A stretch of DNA of 64,000 nt from Candidatus Saccharimonadales bacterium (GTDB taxonomy: Bacteria > Patescibacteriota > Saccharimonadia > Saccharimonadales > EFPC-124), in NCBI GenBank assembly GCA_050730875.1, contig JBOHNX010000001.1, forward strand, positions 77,827 through 141,826, given 5' to 3'. This document shows, piece by piece, positions 42,675 to 51,780 of this stretch. Made by a program: the position numbers and the translations under genes. Positions within the stretch are counted from its first letter, which is position 1. Each line of letters opens with the position of its first letter. Under the pieces are notes generated by a model, which saw nothing but the letters and a program-made list of their open reading frames with translations, ran no database searches and had not been told where the DNA came from.

Positions 42675-43862
42675 TTACTCCTTGATCAGAACTACTAATT
42701 CGCGGCCCACAATCTGATCTGTTCGGTGATAAACAAGATCCTTGAGACTCACGTGTTTAAAATCTATACGATTGTACCCCAAACTCTCGAGGTCGTCAAG
42801 CACTGGTAGGTGGTGGATTTTGTTTTGTACGAACCAAGCAGGGGAGCCAATACAGAGGCGAGTGCCTGGTTTTAACTGCGCGCCAATATTTTTGAGAAAG
42901 CCTTGCATGATTGTATTGCATTCGTGCATTACAGCTTGGAGTTTTTCTCGGGGTGGTTCCTGGCTCATGGGCTGGCCAAGATAACCTTCGCACACAACAT
43001 AATCAAATGGTGGCTCCCAGTGGTGATTGGTTGCATCGGCCACTTCGAGGGTGAACATCGCAGCGTCGAGCTTGTACGTTGTTTTAAGCCACTCAAGGTT
43101 ATGGCGCGAATACGTGACCATTTTTTCGTTTATATCGCTACCGTATGCCGAGTAGCTCATCAATAATGCTTCCTGCAGCACCACACCGGTGCCGCAAAAC
43201 GGGTCGAGGATTCGGGCTGGACGAATGGGCAAGCGCTCGGGGTCGTCTGAGTGATCGACTGCAAGGTTGACCATGGTTTGCGCAAGCTTTGGTGGCAGCA
43301 TACCTACAAATGCATCGCGTTTTGGCCGGCCGAAGTCGCGTTTGGCGTAATCATCGACGTCTTGCACGGCGGTAGTGCGCGCAACAACCGTGTGATCCCC
43401 GGCATTTATAAAAAGCAATTCCATACCGAGCTCGCTGGTAAGCTGATTGTGAATTACCTGAGCACTGTTAAGCTCGAGCGCAGTGTTTGGCACAATGCGC
43501 ACCGAACGACCAATGGCTCGACAGGCTTTTTTAAGCTCCAAACCGGCTCTAAAGAGGTGTTGAGTGCTTGTTTGAATGCCGTACACGCTGAAACCAAGTT
43601 TTATTTTTCCTTCAGGTAGACGAACAAGATGTTCAGGGACGTATTCGGCTACATGCCGGAATAGGTCTGACCACTTGGTCGTTGGCAACGTAGTCACTGG
43701 CTTAGCAAGCTTAATAGCGCCGCCTAAACGCGAAAAGTCGACTTCGTCGGCATCTACTTGCGCGGCGTGTTCACCAAGCGGTTGCACGCGCTCGGCGCCA
43801 TATAAACTTTCGAGCTCAGCGAGGCCCAGTTTTGGCTGACGCCCGAGAATTGCAATAATCAT
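42675..43862 (-). CDS. Putative RNA (guanine-N2/Trm11-RlmL-like) SAM-dependent methyltransferase
   Basis: DPFCGTGVVLQEALL SAM motif and an N-terminal MIIAILGRQPKLGLAELESLYG module. A minus-strand TATAAT (43875-70) ends 7 nt before ATG 43862, so the longer track start 43988 is rejected. Confidence 0.7.
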   Translation of the reverse strand: MIIAILGRQPKLGLAELESLYGAERVQPLGEHAAQVDADEVDFSRLGGAIKLAKPVTTLPTTKWSDLFRHVAEYVPEHLVRLPEGKIKLGFSVYGIQTSTQHLFRAGLELKKACRAIGRSVRIVPNTALELNSAQVIHNQLTSELGMELLFINAGDHTVVARTTAVQDVDDYAKRDFGRPKRDAFVGMLPPKLAQTMVNLAVDHSDDPERLPIRPARILDPFCGTGVVLQEALLMSYSAYGSDINEKMVTYSRHNLEWLKTTYKLDAAMFTLEVADATNHHWEPPFDYVVCEGYLGQPMSQEPPREKLQAVMHECNTIMQGFLKNIGAQLKPGTRLCIGSPAWFVQNKIHHLPVLDDLESLGYNRIDFKHVSLKDLVYHRTDQIVGRELVVLIKE

Positions 43863-43908
43863 ACCTGGCATTATAGCCGACAAGGCCGGTATAATGGGAT
43901 AAGTCGCT

Positions 43909-44994
43909 ATGAAATGGAAAATCTGGCTTAATATTCTGACGATTGCTGCGCTCGGGATAATCATCTTCGTTGCCTGGCAAGACATCACAGAAGCATTTGG
44001 ACGAATGAGGGATCTGAACCTGGTGATCCTTTTGCTCTTTATTCCTGCTCAGTTTTTCGTCTTTTTTGGGCTTGCCAAGCTGTTTTACCACTTTTTCCGC
44101 GCTACGGAGAATGGTACGCGGGTTTCGCTTAGAACACTTTTCCCCGCAATGCTAGAGCTCAATTTTGTGAATCATGTGTTCCCGAGCGGAGGAGTGTCTG
44201 GCTTTTCGTATCTCACCCTGCGGCTTAAAGCAGAAGGAGTGTCAACCGCTAAGTCCACCCTAGCGCACTTAGCACGCTTTGCCTTTACATTCATTGGCTA
44301 CATCGGTCTGTTGCTGGTGGCATTGCTCGTACTCGCTATTGAAGGGCGTACTAGCTCGTTGGTAGTGCTCGCGGTAAGTGCTATTACGTTCACCATTTTG
44401 TTTGGTACCGGCATTCTGGTATTCGTCATTGGTGATAAAGATAGGATTGCGGTCTTCACCAAGGGTTTGGCTAAAGCGGTTAATAAAATTATTCATATTT
44501 TTCGCCGCAAGCATCCGGAAACAATCCGGTTGAATAAGGTAGAAAAGACATTTCTGGAGCTGCACGAAGACTACTGCTTGATGCGTACCAACTTTGGCAA
44601 GATGCGCCAGGTTCTGGTGTGGGCAATGATTGTGAACGTTGCAGAAATCGTACTCCTGTACTTGGTGTTTGTAGCGCATGGTGTCTGGATTAATCCCGGT
44701 GCTGTCATCGTGGCCTTTGTAATCGCAAACACCGCTGGCCTGATCGCAGTGTTGCCTGGTGGTATTGGTGTGTACGAGCCGCTCATGACAGCGGTGCTCA
44801 TTTCGGGTGGTGTGCCAGCCGGTTTGGCATTGAGCGCAACGTTGGTGTATCGAGTCCTGGCGCTGCTTTTGAGCCTAGTCACCGGCTATTTCCTGTACCA
44901 AAAGGTTATTCACCGTGCCGACTTTATTGCTGCGGCAGAAGGTAAGAGCAGCCCGATTGCCCGGCGCATCCAACGTTCAGCCAGGGGTTCGTAG
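43909..44994 (+). CDS. Lysylphosphatidylglycerol-synthase-TM-like (UPF0104 flippase-like) membrane protein
   Basis: MKWKIWLNILTIAALGIIIFVAW, about 8 TM segments, and AVLPGGIGVYE near the C-terminus. Confidence 0.7.
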   Translation: MKWKIWLNILTIAALGIIIFVAWQDITEAFGRMRDLNLVILLLFIPAQFFVFFGLAKLFYHFFRATENGTRVSLRTLFPAMLELNFVNHVFPSGGVSGFSYLTLRLKAEGVSTAKSTLAHLARFAFTFIGYIGLLLVALLVLAIEGRTSSLVVLAVSAITFTILFGTGILVFVIGDKDRIAVFTKGLAKAVNKIIHIFRRKHPETIRLNKVEKTFLELHEDYCLMRTNFGKMRQVLVWAMIVNVAEIVLLYLVFVAHGVWINPGAVIVAFVIANTAGLIAVLPGGIGVYEPLMTAVLISGGVPAGLALSATLVYRVLALLLSLVTGYFLYQKVIHRADFIAAAEGKSSPIARRIQRSARGS

Positions 44995-46122
44995 ATGGAG
45001 CAACCAGTATTTCGTGTTAGCGAACTCATAGCTGTTATTAACCAAACGCTTGAATATGCGTATCCGTCGGTTATTGTTGAGGGCGAGGTTTCATCGTTTA
45101 AGGTCAGCAAAGGTAAGTTTGTATTTTTTGACCTAAAGGACGATGAAGGTGTGGTGAACTGCTTCATGATGGCCTATGCGCTACGTCAGCCCCTTGAAGA
45201 TGGCATGAAGGTTCGGGTAATTGCTCAGCCAAAACTTACGCCTTGGGGTAAATTTAGCCTCACCGTGCGCGAAGTCATGCCAGTTGGCGAGGGGAGCATT
45301 AAGCGTGCGTTCGAACTACTAAAAGCCAAGCTCGAAAAAGAAGGGTTATTTGACCCGGAACGCAAACGCGTCTTGCCCGCAATTCCTGAACGTATTGGTT
45401 TGATTGCCTCGGTAGAATCGGCGGGTTACGCCGATTTTCTGAAGATTCTAAACGGGCGCTGGGGTGGCTTAGATATTCAGGTCGCCGATGTACAGGTGCA
45501 GGGCCTGGGTGCGGCCGAGCAAATTATGCGTGCAATTGATTACTTTAACCAGCAAGCCGATTTAGTGGATGTACTGGTAGTTGTACGCGGTGGCGGCAGC
45601 GCCGATGACTTGGCGGTGTTTAACGAAGAACCACTTGTCCGTGCAGTGGCAGCAAGCCGTATCCCGACCGTCGTAGGTGTCGGGCACGAGGTAGATGTGA
45701 GTCTGTGCGATTTAGCAGCCGATGTTCGCGCGGCGACGCCCAGTAATGCTGCGCAGTTGCTGGTACCGGATCGTGAGGCTTTGGCACGCGAGCTAACACA
45801 GCGCGAGCGCCGCTTGGCAGAACGTATGGCGAACCGTGCCACACAATTGCACCAGCAGGCCGAAAACGCTGCTAGCAGCATGCTGGCTCGTTTGCAGAGT
45901 GTGCTCGATGAGAGAAAACGCCAGGTGGCACAAGCAAAGCTTGTTTTAAAGCAGCTCGATCCTAAAACCGTGCTCCAGCGTGGGTACGCACTAGTCCGTG
46001 ACGAAAAAGGCAGACTAGTGCGTGGCAACGCCGCAAATATTAGTGTTGGCGACGAGCTGACAGTTACCACAAGCCATGCAATAATTAAGGCAGGAGTAAA
46101 AGATGTCAGACCAACCCAATAA
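44995..46122 (+). CDS. xseA: Exodeoxyribonuclease VII large subunit
   Basis: VSELIAVINQTLEYAYPSVIVEGEVSSFK (OB fold), GLIASVESAGYADFL, VVRGGGSADDLAVFN, and VGVGHEVD. Confidence 0.9.
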   Translation: MEQPVFRVSELIAVINQTLEYAYPSVIVEGEVSSFKVSKGKFVFFDLKDDEGVVNCFMMAYALRQPLEDGMKVRVIAQPKLTPWGKFSLTVREVMPVGEGSIKRAFELLKAKLEKEGLFDPERKRVLPAIPERIGLIASVESAGYADFLKILNGRWGGLDIQVADVQVQGLGAAEQIMRAIDYFNQQADLVDVLVVVRGGGSADDLAVFNEEPLVRAVAASRIPTVVGVGHEVDVSLCDLAADVRAATPSNAAQLLVPDREALARELTQRERRLAERMANRATQLHQQAENAASSMLARLQSVLDERKRQVAQAKLVLKQLDPKTVLQRGYALVRDEKGRLVRGNAANISVGDELTVTTSHAIIKAGVKDVRPTQ

Positions 46123-46312
46123 GAAGAAACTGAGCGACCAGTTAACCGAACTCGATGAGCTCCTTGCCTGGTTCGACCAAGACGATATTGACCTCGATGA
46201 AGCACTGAAGAAATTCGACCAAGGCGTGGCTTTGGCGGAAGATATTAAAAAGCATCTCGCCCAGCTCGAGAATAAAATAACTGTTCTAAAAGAGCGCTTT
46301 GACCAAACATGA
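46103..46312 (+). CDS. xseB: Exodeoxyribonuclease VII small subunit
   Basis: 69 aa overlapping the xseA end. LTELDELLAWFDQDDIDLDEALKKFDQGVALAEDIKKHL. Confidence 0.9.
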   Translation: MSDQPNKKKLSDQLTELDELLAWFDQDDIDLDEALKKFDQGVALAEDIKKHLAQLENKITVLKERFDQT

Positions 46313-46315
46313 TTC

Positions 46316-46477
46316 GTGATCATTCCCTCGCTCTGCTTCCACCTCCAACCCCCACCTTGCCGGCTGCAAACTGCGAACCACTCGTCAGCGTAGCTACGGC
46401 TATGCTTCCTCCCGTTTCGCAGTTTTCGCTCGGCAATCTGGCGGTTTCGGTCCGAAAGAGAGCGAGGGAATGATCAC
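46316..46477. repeat. 162-nt register-symmetric long hairpin with 19-bp perfect closing stem
   Basis: GTGATCATTCCCTCGCTCT (46316-34) pairs with AGAGCGAGGGAATGATCAC (46459-77). A second stem, 46357-77 with 46416-36, is in the same register (i+j=92793) with 2-3 mismatches. The right arm contains ATG 46470. Confidence 0.65.
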
Positions 46478-46970
46478 CGCATTTATAATCGCCTGCCTGC
46501 TTCTACTCTTTGGAGCGGTCGTGTTTCGCGGTGCACCGTATGTGCCGACGCTAGGTAAGACTGCCGACACAGCACTAGATATGTTGAATCTGCAAGAAGG
46601 CGAGGTCGTCGTAGACCTGGGCTCTGGCGACGGTATTTTTCTAAAGAAAGCTGCAAAGCGTGGTCAGACGGCCATTGGGTACGAGATTAATCCAATTCTG
46701 TGCGTGATTGCTTGGGGTCGCTGCTGGCGTCAACGCAATCAGGTAAGTGTCCGCTGGCGTGATTTTTGGCTCAGCGAGCTCCCGCCCGAAACAAAAGGCG
46801 TGTACGTTTTTCTGGCCGGTCCGTACATGAATCGGTTTAAACGAAAAATCGAAGCAGAAATGAAAAAGCGCACCGAACCTTTGCGGGTTGTTAGCAATGG
46901 GTTTGCCATTCCTGGTTATTTGCCCAAAAAGATCTCGCAAGGGCTGTACTTGTACGAATTTAAGCCATAA
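46470..46970 (+). CDS. Class I SAM-dependent methyltransferase with N-terminal TM segment
   Basis: VVDLGSGDGIFLKKAAKRG..IGYEINP (motif I and post-I). Confidence 0.7.
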   Translation: MITAFIIACLLLLFGAVVFRGAPYVPTLGKTADTALDMLNLQEGEVVVDLGSGDGIFLKKAAKRGQTAIGYEINPILCVIAWGRCWRQRNQVSVRWRDFWLSELPPETKGVYVFLAGPYMNRFKRKIEAEMKKRTEPLRVVSNGFAIPGYLPKKISQGLYLYEFKP

Positions 46971-47011
46971 GCGCTTTACAAACTAGCCTTCACTTCTTAC
47001 TATTAACGTAT

Positions 47012-47659
47012 ATGCAACAACGCTACGAACAAGGGTTAGTGAATCCGCTTGTCGTCATGACCATCGTGCTTGGCGTACTAGTGGTTGGTTTAAGCGGGTT
47101 CGGCTTATGGTCCTTCATAAACTATCAAGATCAAAAAAATAACGTCGACGCCAAAATAGAAGCCGCGGTGGCCGACGCCAAGCGTGCACAGCGCGAAGAA
47201 GACGAAAAGCTGTTCGCCGAGCGCGAAAAGCAGCCAGTGAGGCAGCTCATTGGCCCGGAAGATCTCGGCCGAGTATCGCTCGATTATCCTAAAACCTGGA
47301 GTGTCTTTGTAGAAAAGAGCGACAATAGCGGCTACGAAGCTTATCTACACCCAGGCGCCGTGCCACCGCTCAATAGCAAAACGCCGCATGCACTGCGTGT
47401 GACTACCCAAGACCGCCCTTACGACCAAGTACTGAAAGAATATCAAGATGCAGTTAAAAAAGGTGAGCTAAAGGCAACGCCAATCGCTGTTGAAGGACTT
47501 AACGGCACACGGCTCGACGGCAACTTTAGCAAAGAGATTCAAGGCTCGATGGTTATCTTTAAAGTTCGCGATAAAACCCTGCGAGTATACACTGAATCGC
47601 GTACCTTCCAGCCTGATTTTGACAACATCATTATCAAGTCGCTCAAGTTCAATCCGTAA
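47012..47659 (+). CDS. Membrane-anchored extracytoplasmic protein, unknown function
   Basis: One TM (VVMTIVLGVLVVGLSGFGLWSF), a charged linker and a beta-rich domain. Promoter TTTACA, 17 nt, TACTAT (46998-47003), ending 8 nt before the ATG. Confidence 0.6.
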   Translation: MQQRYEQGLVNPLVVMTIVLGVLVVGLSGFGLWSFINYQDQKNNVDAKIEAAVADAKRAQREEDEKLFAEREKQPVRQLIGPEDLGRVSLDYPKTWSVFVEKSDNSGYEAYLHPGAVPPLNSKTPHALRVTTQDRPYDQVLKEYQDAVKKGELKATPIAVEGLNGTRLDGNFSKEIQGSMVIFKVRDKTLRVYTESRTFQPDFDNIIIKSLKFNP

Positions 47660-47706
47660 GCAAAACTACAACAGCTCTAAGGTGTCATAACGCTCATGCT
47701 TAAGAG

Positions 47707-48480
47707 TTGTCCCTTGTGCTACACTTATCTGTAGTGAAGGGTAAATTTGGGACGCACGAGCAGTATGTGGATGGCGGGCACCTCGGTGCTTTAGTAGCGG
47801 CGGCGCACGAGCTAAAAACGCCGCTCGCACTTATGTACCATCTGTCGAATACGCTTGATACGCCCGAGTTCGAACTAACGGATTCGGAGCGCACAGAATG
47901 TGTTCAGCGCCTGAAGCTTACAAGCGAAAGAATGTTGCGACTTGTGCAACATTTAACAGTGAGCTATCGCCTAGATAACCAAGATCAACTGGCATTTCAA
48001 TTTGAGCTTGAGCCACTGAGCATTAACGAAGTGTGCGAAAACGCACTCCACGAACTAACCCCATACGCGAAGGGGTACGACCAAGAGCTGCGCTTAAGCG
48101 GACAGCATTGTCCGCATTTGGTTTTGGCGGATCGCGATGTGCTGCACGATATCGTCATTAATTTGGTCGACAATGCCATTCGGCATAACCCCGCTGGTTC
48201 GGTTGTCGATGTCGGGTCACATTGTCGCCGTGACCAAGTACGCCTGAGTGTGCACGATAACGGCCCAGGCGTCAGCCAGCAAGAGCTAACCTCGTTGCGC
48301 CGTACAATCGGCGTCCAGCCACAGCCGCTCAGCGGCCGCGCTGGGAGCAGTGGCTTGGGTTTGTACATCGTTGGGCAATTGGCAAAATCGATGGGCGGTA
48401 ACCTGGGCTTGGGTCGAGCGCAGCAGGGAACCACGTTTTTTGTAGATCTGCTTCGCTCGCAGCAAATGAGCTTACTGTAA
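47707..48480 (+). CDS. Soluble histidine kinase core (DHp + HATPase_c only)
   Basis: H-box AAAHELKTPLAL, N-box LVDNAIRHN, G-boxes DNGPGV and GSSGLGLYIV. No TM or sensor domain. TTG start is uncertain. Confidence 0.8.
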   Translation: MSLVLHLSVVKGKFGTHEQYVDGGHLGALVAAAHELKTPLALMYHLSNTLDTPEFELTDSERTECVQRLKLTSERMLRLVQHLTVSYRLDNQDQLAFQFELEPLSINEVCENALHELTPYAKGYDQELRLSGQHCPHLVLADRDVLHDIVINLVDNAIRHNPAGSVVDVGSHCRRDQVRLSVHDNGPGVSQQELTSLRRTIGVQPQPLSGRAGSSGLGLYIVGQLAKSMGGNLGLGRAQQGTTFFVDLLRSQQMSLL

Positions 48481-48483
48481 GCC

Positions 48484-48864
48484 ATGGCGAGTATTCTTAT
48501 CGTCGAAGATGACCGCTGGTTGGCCGATTGCTATCGGCGTTGGTTAGAAAAGGCCAATCACGCCGTGCGTCACACGACCGATGCTCAGGGCGCCCTGTGG
48601 CTCATCGATGAAGAAGCGCCCGAACTCATTTTGCTCGACATGCTGTTGCCGCAAGCTAATGGCGTGCAACTTCTGCATGAACTACGCTCATACCCAGACC
48701 TCATGCATACCCCCGTCGTAATTTGTAGTAATGCATTGCCAGCTAACACACCGGATCTCGGTGAGTATGGGGTAAAGATTGTGCTCGATAAGGGGTCGCT
48801 GACGCCTACGAAATTGTATGCAGCGATAGATGAGGTGCTTGCACATGCAGCCCCTGCGAACTGA
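48484..48864 (+). CDS. Stand-alone response-regulator receiver domain protein
   Basis: ILIVEDD, LILLDMLLPQANG, and VVICSN...K. No output domain. Confidence 0.85.
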   Translation: MASILIVEDDRWLADCYRRWLEKANHAVRHTTDAQGALWLIDEEAPELILLDMLLPQANGVQLLHELRSYPDLMHTPVVICSNALPANTPDLGEYGVKIVLDKGSLTPTKLYAAIDEVLAHAAPAN

Positions 48865-49519
48865 AGCTATCATTTTGCGCCGCACCAATTACGGGGAGGC
48901 TGATCGAATCCTCAGCTTTTTAACGCCCGAGCGCGGTAAGTTGAGCGCTATTGCCAAAGGTGTGCGGCGACCAAAAAGTAAACTGGCCGGTGGGCTTGAG
49001 TTATTCGCGGTGTGTGACGTTACGCTAATTGAAGGCAGGGGAGAATTAGGAGTTGTTACCAGCGCTCGCATCCAAAAATTTTACGGCGATATTCTGCACG
49101 ATTACGACCGCATGCAGCTTGGCTACGAAATGATCAAGCATATCAACCGCGTCACCGAAACCGTGAGCGAGCCAGATTTTTATTACTTGCTGCGCGATGG
49201 GTTGAAATATCTCAACGAACTCAAACTTGATTGGCGCTTGGTAGAGCTGTGGTTTCGGCTGCGTTTTCAAGCCCTGCTTGGGCATGGTTTAAACCTGGCG
49301 ACTGATATTGACAGCAAGCCGCTCGAAGCAGAGAGCGCCTATAACTTCGAATTTTCCGATATGGCGTTTGTAAAACACCCAAGCGGCAAGTTTAAAGCCG
49401 ATCACCTAAAGCTCCTGCGTCTCGCAAATATAAAAAACCCTGCCGTCTTAGGGCAGGTAAGTGGGGTCGATGCGGTTATGGATGATTGCTTGTGGTTGGT
49501 GCGGACGTTTGATCAGTAA
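48845..49519 (+). CDS. recO: DNA repair protein RecO
   Basis: Internal ATG 48845. MQPLRTEAIILRRTNYGEADRILSFLTPERGKLSAIAKGVRRPKSKLAG. Confidence 0.9.
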   Translation: MQPLRTEAIILRRTNYGEADRILSFLTPERGKLSAIAKGVRRPKSKLAGGLELFAVCDVTLIEGRGELGVVTSARIQKFYGDILHDYDRMQLGYEMIKHINRVTETVSEPDFYYLLRDGLKYLNELKLDWRLVELWFRLRFQALLGHGLNLATDIDSKPLEAESAYNFEFSDMAFVKHPSGKFKADHLKLLRLANIKNPAVLGQVSGVDAVMDDCLWLVRTFDQ

Positions 49520-49544
49520 TTCTAAGCGATTGCCCGCATCCTCG

Positions 49545-50297
49545 CTACGGAAAGTGCACCTCGGGGACCATCGACACTCGTCGTGCCAGATCCACGGGGA
49601 GCCCCCACAAGCCGATGACGGTGGCCAGTAGCTTCACGCTGGTCTTGCGAGCCAGCTTGAATGCCACCTGCCGGTGAATTCGTACCAGGTCGTTCTCACG
49701 GTACGGCTGCCAATGCCTGGCGATCAGCAGGTGGTTCATGACCTGGCGATGCGGGGTGGTTTCTCCGAAGAGCTCCTTCGCCTCGTACAGGTCGATGAGC
49801 GCGTTGTCCGGATCGCTCAGCAGCTTGACTTGTCCGCGGAGGGAGAGCGCCATGGCGCATCCCACGGTCTTCTTGTGCTCGCGGTAGATGCTGAGTGCTT
49901 GCGTCAGTTCGCGCTCTGCATCCGCCAGATTCTGGCTCGAGCCGCCCGGCCGAATGTACTTCTGGAAGTGAGCAATGCCAAGTCCTATACGTACCTCCGC
50001 CCGCAGCAGCCCATCCTCGTCGGTGCGATTGCTGAACAGCGCGGCGGCTCGCTGGTACTCGTAGATGGCCAGGCTGGGTGGTGCACCCTGCAGCAGCGCG
50101 CAGGCGCCCCGTGCAAGGTAGATGTCGAGCAGGAGCTCGCGTGCGGCGTCCGTCTTGGCCGGCTCGATCAGTTGATGAGCCTCAGCGACCTTCTGCATCG
50201 CCTTGTCACCGCGCCCGGCCACAAAGTGCTTGCGACCTTCCTCGAGCAGCCGTTCGGCATGCAGGATCTGCTCATCGTGCGAAACTTGTAGGGTCAC
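49545..50297 (-). CDS. Very GC-rich helical-repeat (TPR-like) hypothetical protein
   Basis: 250-aa GTG-start ORF with strong G/C bias at third codon positions read by eye. A/L/R/E-rich helical repeats. The + strand ORF 49674..50291 is its shadow. Confidence 0.6.
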   Translation of the reverse strand: MTLQVSHDEQILHAERLLEEGRKHFVAGRGDKAMQKVAEAHQLIEPAKTDAARELLLDIYLARGACALLQGAPPSLAIYEYQRAAALFSNRTDEDGLLRAEVRIGLGIAHFQKYIRPGGSSQNLADAERELTQALSIYREHKKTVGCAMALSLRGQVKLLSDPDNALIDLYEAKELFGETTPHRQVMNHLLIARHWQPYRENDLVRIHRQVAFKLARKTSVKLLATVIGLWGLPVDLARRVSMVPEVHFP

Positions 50298-50416
50298 GAT
50301 CTTCTCCTAGATAGTAGAGGATACGATTGCAGTATTAAACTATATTTTATAAATTTCTACAAGTATAGTTTTGCAAATATACAACAACTTATTGTATCTG
50401 TTATAATCAAGCCAAT

Positions 50417-51769
50417 ATGACGAAAAATGAGGCGAGTTTAGAGACGCTCACGAGTCTTGCCAAGCGGCGTGGCTTTGTATTTCAGGCGTCTGAAATCTAC
50501 GGTGGTTTAGCTGGTTTTTGGGACTACGGCCCATACGGTGTCGAGTTGGTAAATAATCTTAAAAATGTCTGGTGGGACGCAATGGTGCGCGAAAACCGCG
50601 AGGTTTTTGGTGTAGATGGTGCGATTATTCAAAATCCCAAGCTGTGGGAGGCGAGCGGTCACATAGCTGGTTTTACGGATCCATTGGTGGATTGTAAAAA
50701 TTGTGGTGCACGCCACCGTGCTGACCATTTGGCTGGGGTAGATTCAACAGACCTTAAAGAACTCGCCAAACTCTTAGAAGGCAAAGCTTGTCCCAAGTGT
50801 GGTAAGAAAACGCTTACTCAGCCTCGCTACTACAACATGATGATGAAAACGTGGGTCGGCCCAATCGAGGACGAAAGCTCGGTTGCATATCTCCGTCCAG
50901 AGACTGCTGGTAGCATTTTTACGAACTATGAAAATGTCCTCGATACTACTCGTAGCAAGATTCCGTTTGGTATTGCCCAAATCGGTAAGGCCTTCCGAAA
51001 CGAAATCAGTCCACGAGACTTTATTTTCCGCGTTCGTGAACTTGAGCAAATGGAGATGCAGTATTTCATCCATCCAGATATGCAGAAAGAACAATATGAA
51101 CGCTGGCGCGAGTTTGCGTGGGATTTCTTAACTAAGCGACTTGGTATTCAAAAAGAGAATCTGCAGTGGCACGAACACGGTCCGGAAGAGCGTGCTCACT
51201 ACGCTGCAGCTGCGCATGACATTTACTTCAAATTCCCACAAGGTTTCAAGGAACTTTGGGGTACTCATAATCGTACAGACTTTGACCTAGGCAACCATAT
51301 GCGAGTGAGTGGTAAAGATCTTACGTACTTTGACGAACAAACACGCGAACATTACACGCCAAATGTGATTGAAAGTTCAGTGGGTGTAGGGCGCATGATG
51401 ATGGCAGTTTTGGCTGATGCCTATCACGAAGAAGAAGTGCGCGGCGAGACACGTGTTGTGCTCAAACTTAAGCCCGAAATCGCACCGGTAAAAGTAGCCG
51501 TTTTGCCGCTCTCAAAGAAGCCAGAATTGTCGGCTCTATCTGAAAAAGTGTATAAAAAACTTGTTCAAGAGACCGGTTGGAATATCGAATACGACGAGAC
51601 CCAAAGCATCGGTAAACGTTACCGCCGCCAAGACGAAATTGGTACGCCATACTGCGTAACCATCGACTTTGAATCACTCGAAGACAACGCCGTCACCATC
51701 CGCCACCGCGACACAATGGAACAAAAACGTGTTCCAATCGACGCCCTCGGGGGCGCAATAAAATTGTAG
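50417..51769 (+). CDS. glyQS: Glycyl-tRNA synthetase (homodimeric class II type)
   Basis: LAKRRGFVFQASEIYGGLAGFWDYGPYG, FRNEISPRDFIFRVREFEQME-type motif 2, and a C-terminal anticodon-binding domain. TGtTATAAT (50399-407) ends 9 nt before the ATG. Confidence 0.95.
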   Translation: MTKNEASLETLTSLAKRRGFVFQASEIYGGLAGFWDYGPYGVELVNNLKNVWWDAMVRENREVFGVDGAIIQNPKLWEASGHIAGFTDPLVDCKNCGARHRADHLAGVDSTDLKELAKLLEGKACPKCGKKTLTQPRYYNMMMKTWVGPIEDESSVAYLRPETAGSIFTNYENVLDTTRSKIPFGIAQIGKAFRNEISPRDFIFRVRELEQMEMQYFIHPDMQKEQYERWREFAWDFLTKRLGIQKENLQWHEHGPEERAHYAAAAHDIYFKFPQGFKELWGTHNRTDFDLGNHMRVSGKDLTYFDEQTREHYTPNVIESSVGVGRMMMAVLADAYHEEEVRGETRVVLKLKPEIAPVKVAVLPLSKKPELSALSEKVYKKLVQETGWNIEYDETQSIGKRYRRQDEIGTPYCVTIDFESLEDNAVTIRHRDTMEQKRVPIDALGGAIKL

Positions 51770-51780
51770 AGGGGCGCACT

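Noticed and set aside
46316-46477. The long hairpins (46316, 59365, 26998) as copies of one MITE family
   Set aside because: Their terminal inverted repeats and interiors share no alignable sequence apart from short CCUCC-type motifs. I see no target-site duplications. They are kept as structural elements of unknown nature, not annotated as mobile elements.
49674-50291. Plus-strand 205-aa ORF inside the GC-rich islet
   Set aside because: Long antisense ORFs are expected in very GC-rich genes. The minus-strand frame is longer, has G/C at third positions and has helical-repeat composition.
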